Shown: in pieces, positions 59,501 to 64,000 of the stretch
Position numbering within the stretch: the first letter of the stretch is position 1
How the letters are laid out: each line of letters starts with the position of its first letter
DNA from: a virus
Virus record (IMG/VR): IMGVR_UViG_3300023174_000110
Span: 1-64,000 of that record
DNA: 64,000 nt
Direction: 5' to 3' (one strand)
Translations under genes and position numbers: made by a program
The notes under the pieces: model-generated
What the model was told of the DNA's origin: nothing
Databases searched by the model: none
What the model saw: the letters and a program-made list of their open reading frames with translations, nothing else

Positions 59501-59804
59501 CATCTTGGCTATAAATTGTTCCATTTTCAAACGATGCTGCAATTGTGGTTAGTCCAGATGGTGTGGTTCCATTTAACTTTAGAAAATAAACATTTTGGTT
59601 AACTGTTACTTTACCGCCAGAAACGGGAGTGTTCTGAGCAAAAATTGCATCAGCAAAACTTGTGATTTGATTTTGTAGGATGGTTTGAGATTGTGTTAAC
59701 TCACGAGCCTGAACAGAATAACCTGGCTTAAAAAGAATTCGATGGTAGTTTTTAGTTACATCAAAATCATCATAGTACGGTTCTACATTAAAATTAAGTG
59801 CCAT
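53559..59804 (-). CDS. DUF4815 / VrlC-like giant baseplate-associated virion protein
   Basis: FNVEPYYDDFD..KNYHRILFKPG..VQARELTQ.Q.ILQNQI, APGADR, RFKNGILVDDF. Confidence 0.88.
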   Translation of the reverse strand: MALNFNVEPYYDDFDVTKNYHRILFKPGYSVQARELTQSQTILQNQITSFADAIFAQNTPVSGGKVTVNQNVYFLKLNGTTPSGLTTIAASFENGTIYSQDGSVVAKVIAFAEATSTSIGVDGDPPTLMVTYITGNKFGSGDTIYLNGSNYIATIITSSVGNEATGKGSIASISRGIFYVKGNFVTASEDTVILSKYNENPSLRVGLNATETIIDSNDDTTLLDPALGATNYQAPGADRYLISLSLETRPLTLGDDDNFIELVRLSEGTIQKQVDGTVYSVIDDYFAKRTNDTNGDFIVSDYTLTPKANTINSSKYDIGISKGVSYVRGYRLENQSPVSLTNDRARTQDSVLNNPTFIDYGNYFFVNSSNGVFDVTTLPSVDFHTVDKTSISLTNENSYNSTKAATGYIRNMVYSSTSNTANGSAYIYKAYVFGIQNQTLTANVAAGSANNSYITLPSTNQFSNVANAYYNVTVSIDKGTSAGDFRVITRYDAASKIAYVDRPFTVAPTTSSQFTLRFDVTDIETIIKATAGTPYTVTANATIDTSSKKTNDVLADTVLQNPNAPELLFNLGNQYVSYANNTSYLTTQVFRNVAFGISGGNIVATLTFGSAPVSTLSFLGSGSLSADAVSQNFQIIVTNPGSNAGLRAGQTLPWNILSRTCSITGAGSTATFTTPTSDLTAFTGTIIAKTYVKAGNDTSYIIKAKNLVTGNTTGVNLSGTTVNSYSYVDTTQGQVYITWQGLVNPGSPQKLYITDVKRIVKIIDTKSQATFPTAAMLSDPSYDITNRFTFDNGQRDSHYDFATITLGVGQPAIKGNLLVVLDYYATTGGDGYYSVMSYLAPISSSPENYAEIPSYTSSTGNPYQLRDCLDFRPSLINAQPNFTIRASASGSGASGAYIPVDLSIFESNYGYYLSRKDKLILSKDRSFEIIQGTPSSNPISPGEPDGALVIANLTHDPYTAYIPGEATGELPNLSIERVKHKRWQMRDISDLESRVNNIEYYTALNTLEKGAASLQIADGNGLNRFKNGILVDDFSSYAASDISNNDYLVSVNRRTKQMTAAQVVKNFPLQSLSLIYNMGQLDSTSANNLGYKITTAGKSNFFTLSYTTSNVITQQIASRTVNLNPFAVSLNSGVMDLTPPMDNWVDTEKAPDLLIVDPNLQVYRASDQVNVLQVGDWKTTVATTTDNVIAAGRNWRVNQVTTYTEQQQKTVLGKYDKLSSSYLETSGYITDVSILPYIRQQFLQFNTYGMLVNTDVSAYFDGVLVDKYIRKPNIIELTNVSGSFADGDVIGLFAGGNFTPYAKIVSYYVNPQNSNVRLYVVTLEGITFNSGVTLQNAKFNTSGQYQSSTASGRIVSYTGVSGRLRSANSTTSIQLSVASSNTDIYTGQTLYVISGSGAGRSSVISAYNTTTKTATLTTGVGAAANDIYSIGKLTTNEVGMLSGIFALPGATFKTGQRTFRVDNRIAGNIGSETTFSEATFHASGLQTTKQGVNYASSIDSAKNTFTQTQTKTNVSSYNYTTVWDPVAQTFIIDKDNYPNGCFLDSIKVFFATKPSTGYAPVTISIVGTVNGYPGGETLDHSQVTLTAEHIKTSNDPHYLNPNTYTVFKFPTPVYLEPNKLYAFILKCPTSNEYTIYTAQNGDTAISSSVKNLPTDPTPATTTKINSAPYVGSLFVSQNSQTWTADQNESMMFVVERCVFDVGSQPQIQFVVPNKLPSRKIVGQEIEYYLNANSISNTITSFENTDVSVDAFNISTTDFIPGTTSVGYQYASTVKSSYAGAPTVSVTPGKFGTPTYDDIYLNDGLGQRVLNANSNTSFSLFATMTSVNDAVSPVISDDGLSVYSITWSINNLGLSNNIITVVSGGTGYNAQTVSVTVNSTDGYGTGATAMANVVGGVIDSVYITNAGSGYITTPTITITDNSTRSGNSNASVILAGETSKSGGNALARYFTKKVVLNQGFDSGDLRVYFTAYRPVNTNIYVYYKILSRSDTQKFEEGTWQLMTLINNSDSLYSQTRDDTYEFVAAPGSFGKAQNYVSYTSDVTNQTYNNFSQFAIKVVLSTSDNTFVPYLSDIRAIALPSAV

Positions 59805-59816
59805 TTTTTCTTTCCA

Positions 59817-61229
59817 TTAAAATCTTAACACAACACGGAATTGTTCAGTAGCATCTCCGCTACGTTCAACTCCTGTTCTATTTTCTATATAAGTGATATA
59901 TCCAGAATAGATAATAAAATCGGGATCGGTTACTTGTAATAACGTTCTAATAATAGCCTGACCTGATGATAAACTTTCTTGTACAAGAACTTCATTTGCA
60001 GTTGGTGTTCCTGTTATATTTATGACCTTTAATATATTGGTTGCTGGATTAAAGCTAACAATTTTTGCTTTGAAAGTTGCTCTTGCCAAAGATGGTCCTT
60101 GGTACACCACTTGGCCACTATCATACGAACCCAATCCAGAAGAAACCAAAATACTTGTCGTTACGTCATACACAGTTTCAGTTGCATATGGTATAAGTTT
60201 TCCTTGATTACTTTTTGAATAGGGATCCAATATCATACCTAATTGCCTGTAGGTAATATCGGTTGGTATTAATCCACCTTCACTACCATTAAATTCTAAA
60301 GCCGTCATAACATGATTACATCCCAACTCTGATATAGGATCAAATCCGTGACCTCCTATTGGCGATACAGGACTACTCGCAGTAGCAACTACATTGGGTG
60401 ACGGATAACCTGCCTCCGTTGTTATTATTGTTTCGGCATAAGTATATCCTTGGCCGGTATTTGCCATAACAATGTCTGTAATAAAGCCGGATGCGTTAAC
60501 ACTAGCCGTAGCATTTGCAAATTGACCATCACCATTAATGGTAATTTTTACACCACCAGAAAAGTAACCACGGCCGGTGTTTGTAACATTAATAACCTGA
60601 ATATCACCTTGCGCAGCAAAAGTTTCAACCGGATTTGGAATGTTTTGGCCAATACCAACCACAGGCATCCAATTCACATCTAAGAATTTTTGTTTTTGGC
60701 CAATGTTAATTGTATATAAAAATTTCCACTTATAACCATCTGCTGTTTTTACCAAGAATGATTTGTCAAATGTACCAGGTAAAAACTCAGGTTCAATAGT
60801 CGATTGTGATCGGTTAGCATTTCCTAAACATTTGAACACCTGATCAAAACGATTTCGCACATAGAAATTTTTTGTTAGTATACCATTTGCATCAACCGTA
60901 AACATATCTTCTGTATCGGAATATTCATCATATACTACACCAGTTTTCCAATCTCGCCTTGGTATTACCGGAGAAATATCAGATGATGTTACCTTTTTGG
61001 CAGCAATAATATTTTTGAATACTTGCTTTAAAGAATATTGATCCTGTGTTGGCATGGGTGGATCTTCTTCATCTGGCCATGGATCCACTTGGCCAATAAA
61101 CGCATATAAAGCATTCTGTAATGTGTTTGTGGCATTAGAGGTGGTTGCAGGAGCATAATAATATTGTAGCACCTCATATATTTTACTGCCGTATATGAGT
61201 TGAGATGAGTTTGCTGTAAAATTTGCCAT
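59817..61229 (-). CDS. 8: baseplate wedge protein gp8
   Basis: VIPRRDW..G..Y, VFKCL.N, DGYKWKFLY, GGHG.D...ELG, YIENR. Confidence 0.9.
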   Translation of the reverse strand: MANFTANSSQLIYGSKIYEVLQYYYAPATTSNATNTLQNALYAFIGQVDPWPDEEDPPMPTQDQYSLKQVFKNIIAAKKVTSSDISPVIPRRDWKTGVVYDEYSDTEDMFTVDANGILTKNFYVRNRFDQVFKCLGNANRSQSTIEPEFLPGTFDKSFLVKTADGYKWKFLYTINIGQKQKFLDVNWMPVVGIGQNIPNPVETFAAQGDIQVINVTNTGRGYFSGGVKITINGDGQFANATASVNASGFITDIVMANTGQGYTYAETIITTEAGYPSPNVVATASSPVSPIGGHGFDPISELGCNHVMTALEFNGSEGGLIPTDITYRQLGMILDPYSKSNQGKLIPYATETVYDVTTSILVSSGLGSYDSGQVVYQGPSLARATFKAKIVSFNPATNILKVINITGTPTANEVLVQESLSSGQAIIRTLLQVTDPDFIIYSGYITYIENRTGVERSGDATEQFRVVLRF

Positions 61230-61241
61230 AGTATGTATTTA

Positions 61242-63323
61242 TTAAGCGTATTGGATTGCTACAAATGTATTTGCGTTATCACCATCAATACTGAAGTATC
61301 TTAGGTACGCAGAAGCCGTTCCTGCTATACTAAATGTTGTTGAATTGACAGTTGAATTGGTTGCTGTACAACCATGTGTAATTGTTCTTGCTGCGCCGCC
61401 AGTATTTGTTAACCAAACTTCAACCACTTTGCCATGTACATAATTTGAAAGTGTTATGATACAATCTGCAGCAAGTGAAGCTTTAATTAATGATGTTGTT
61501 GAAAAATCAATTGTAAAGGCTGTCTGAGCGCCAGGTAAAATAGTTGGATTATAAATGAATCCTTTTTCTGGTTTAACTGTACCAGTAAATTCAACAGAAT
61601 CCGCATTGAATGAAGCAATTTCCGTGACCGCATTTGATCCATTAGGAACATTATAGAATTTAATTTTAGAACCACGAGCAGCATCTGTAAAATTCTCAGC
61701 AGCCACAATATCTATTCTTGATACACCTAGTGATGCAAATCTTGTGGTGCCATAACCGTTACCTGCTAATCTCAATAACACATCATTATTTTGTGTTGCT
61801 GTCGGTGCTGCAGCGGTACCTCTAGCAGAACGACCTGCCAATAAACCATATGTGTTTGCACCAAAACTATCCAAAACAACTCTGGTTGGTAAATTTGGTT
61901 TACCTGTAATCTGTAACATATAACCATCATTTTGTGGTTCAACTACAACTGCATTATTACTTCCCGTAATACGAACAGCGGCTTCAGTTGCTGAAGCTAA
62001 AGCTGTGTTTACAGTTAATTGACCAGTAGCAGCGACCCCAATCATTGTTACATTACCTGTAACATCTAAATCACCTGGTAACGACAATGATCCATCCGTA
62101 TTAAAATTAAATTGTTTTCCGTTGGCTTGTAGTGTAAACGAATTCGATGTCGAAACCATAAATGTGGTTGGACTTGCTGAAGGATTATATCCAATTTCAG
62201 TATTATCCGGGAATACAATATAGTTTGGAACAGTTAAATTTCCATCCGTTCCAAATTGGAATTGTTTCTGAACACCACCATTATCAGTTTGTATTTGTAC
62301 ACCAGCGTTTGAACCGATATAAAGATCATCAGTTGCTGAAATAGTTTGGCTACCATCAAACACCAAATCACCAGTAATGGTCAATGTACCACCAAATATA
62401 CCTGTTGTATTGGCTAAAGCATTGTTTGCTTTGGTAAATGCAGCCCAAGCATGATTGTTTGCTGTAGTGATGTTGGTGTTCTGTGTTGTGTTAACTGCCT
62501 GTAGTATGGCAATATTGCCAGAGTTTGTATTTGCAGCATTAAAAGCTGCCCAAGCTTGGTTGTTGGCAGTTGTTATATTGGTGTTTTGAGTTGTATTAAC
62601 ACCTTGCATTACTGTTATACTATTACTTTGTGTATTGCCTTGTGCATAGATTGCTGCAGCATAAGTGTTTACATTAATGGCAAAATTATATGCAGAGTTT
62701 GCTTGATTGAAAATGATTTGTGAATGTGCTGCTGTGACCGCTGCCGTGTTTTGTATGGTGTTATCAGCAAACTTGATAGGCATCTTTAGAGATAGACCAA
62801 CACCATCTTCAATTCTTGCAACTTCATTGGCTTGTTTATGATCACCAGTAAAGAAAACTAAATCAGTATTTGCAATCGCTGTACCAATCCACAAATTACC
62901 ATACTTTTGATTGTCCTTGCCATGCATATACAAATAACCATCATTATTGGGTAAGTCAAATGTTGGATCAGCATCCATATTTGAACCTTGAACACCCAAA
63001 TCCAAATAATTATTTGAGTTGTCGCCATCATCTGATGTTATAACAATGTCAGCAGAACCTTTTCGATTAATGTTTTGAAAATTAACTTGTGAAAAGATTG
63101 CAGTATTACTAATAAATTGTGCTACAGAATTTGGAAGTAAAAGACCGGTGTTTGCAGTACCAACATTCAAAATATTATTGGCATATAGGCCTTGAGCCAG
63201 AACTGTGGTAGAAAACTGTGAAGTTGTATTGGTAGTTCTATCTACCACCACAAATACTGTGTTGGCGTTGTTAGCCGATAACTGTGATAAAACTGGTAGT
63301 TGTGATATTTTTACTGTTGCCAT
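61242..63323 (-). CDS. baseplate-attached fibre protein
   Basis: MATVKISQLP N-terminus, TQNTNIT.AN..AWAAF repeats. Confidence 0.7.
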   Translation of the reverse strand: MATVKISQLPVLSQLSANNANTVFVVVDRTTNTTSQFSTTVLAQGLYANNILNVGTANTGLLLPNSVAQFISNTAIFSQVNFQNINRKGSADIVITSDDGDNSNNYLDLGVQGSNMDADPTFDLPNNDGYLYMHGKDNQKYGNLWIGTAIANTDLVFFTGDHKQANEVARIEDGVGLSLKMPIKFADNTIQNTAAVTAAHSQIIFNQANSAYNFAINVNTYAAAIYAQGNTQSNSITVMQGVNTTQNTNITTANNQAWAAFNAANTNSGNIAILQAVNTTQNTNITTANNHAWAAFTKANNALANTTGIFGGTLTITGDLVFDGSQTISATDDLYIGSNAGVQIQTDNGGVQKQFQFGTDGNLTVPNYIVFPDNTEIGYNPSASPTTFMVSTSNSFTLQANGKQFNFNTDGSLSLPGDLDVTGNVTMIGVAATGQLTVNTALASATEAAVRITGSNNAVVVEPQNDGYMLQITGKPNLPTRVVLDSFGANTYGLLAGRSARGTAAAPTATQNNDVLLRLAGNGYGTTRFASLGVSRIDIVAAENFTDAARGSKIKFYNVPNGSNAVTEIASFNADSVEFTGTVKPEKGFIYNPTILPGAQTAFTIDFSTTSLIKASLAADCIITLSNYVHGKVVEVWLTNTGGAARTITHGCTATNSTVNSTTFSIAGTASAYLRYFSIDGDNANTFVAIQYA

Positions 63324-63326
63324 TTT

Positions 63327-64000
63327 TTACCCTATGATTAGATAAGTTCCTTGTTCTGTGGTGATATCGTTGCCGGCTTCTGTCGCTAATAATGGATAAT
63401 CATATACAAATACTTGACCGTATATGAATGCGGTTTGTGTATTAGCATTCTTGTTTACTGTTATTCTAGAATTACCTGATGGTCCAAATGAACTGTTGGC
63501 CACCGATATGTTACCGTTGGCAAATACTCTGGTGACTGCATAATATGGTCCACCGTTTAACGAAACACTATCTCCAACGTATATAATGTTATTGGCTGGT
63601 GTCTTTCTGTCAAAATTACCATCATATTGTCCTGTAACTGATGTTATATTTATGACGTTTGAGGAGGCATTTGCATATCCAAAGCCCACATTCGCAAAAG
63701 TCAAAAATACATTGTCATCAATTGTTAATTTGTTATTCACATGATCAACATCAGTAATTAAAGAATACACTTTTACATTATTGCTGGATTCAAATTTTAT
63801 ATAATCATTAGCAAATATAGTGTTACCAATGTTACCAGATATAACATTGTTGACTTTGATAATATTACTACTAATTATATTGGTGGCTGTGTTGACTTCT
63901 AGGGTCAAGTAAGCTGCACCACCAGCCACATACTCTAAAGTGTAACCTTTTTGGTGTCCCGTTTCTGTTCCAAGGTTAAACGAATTGGAACTTCTTAGTA
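63327..64000 (-). CDS. C-terminal part of a baseplate protein (possibly gp7-like); frame open to the window edge
   Basis: No stop upstream of 63929 in frame; ends LATEAGNDITTEQG. Confidence 0.55.
   Translation of the reverse strand, partial: LRSSNSFNLGTETGHQKGYTLEYVAGGAAYLTLEVNTATNIISSNIIKVNNVISGNIGNTIFANDYIKFESSNNVKVYSLITDVDHVNNKLTIDDNVFLTFANVGFGYANASSNVINITSVTGQYDGNFDRKTPANNIIYVGDSVSLNGGPYYAVTRVFANGNISVANSSFGPSGNSRITVNKNANTQTAFIYGQVFVYDYPLLATEAGNDITTEQGTYLIIG

Noticed and set aside
2538-62344. Plus-strand and nested alternative-frame ORFs in the ORF track
   Set aside because: They overlap well-supported minus-strand genes and lack recognisable motifs; they are antisense shadows of codon bias
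1-64000. Alternative genetic code
   Set aside because: Core genes translate full length under the standard code; no suppressor tRNA seen

Overview
AT-rich segment of a large T4-like myovirus (T4-superfamily core genes, cyanophage/pelagiphage-like organisation). Essentially all genes are on the minus strand. In transcription order (right to left): end of a probable baseplate gene, gp8, a DUF4815/VrlC-like giant protein and about 22 kb of fibre/adaptor genes (53.6-31.5 kb); gp13-gp23 neck, terminase, tail and head genes; gp3, uvsY, uvsW, gp55, gp47/46; an accessory block (heme oxygenase, peptide deformylase, DUF4338/DruA-Mom-like protein, wHTH, GT-A glycosyltransferase, DUF5664); gp45/44/62, regA, hsp20; then dCMP deaminase, five canonical tRNAs, one non-canonical tRNA-Gly-like RNA and the first codons of iscU (suggesting a proteobacterial, possibly betaproteobacterial, host). 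Main hypotheses: (1) a tRNA-Gly-like RNA that keeps the GlyRS identity elements but looks unfit for the ribosome may be a dedicated glycyl donor for the Mom/DruA-like enzyme (DNA hypermodification); (2) a plug-and-socket code in which C-terminal peptides of fibre proteins match the N-terminal domain of the next gene; (3) an antisense sigma70-type promoter just upstream of the late sigma gene gp55; (4) a ROSE-like thermometer and a coupled micropeptide at hsp20. All family assignments come from motif recognition by eye; no database searches were run.
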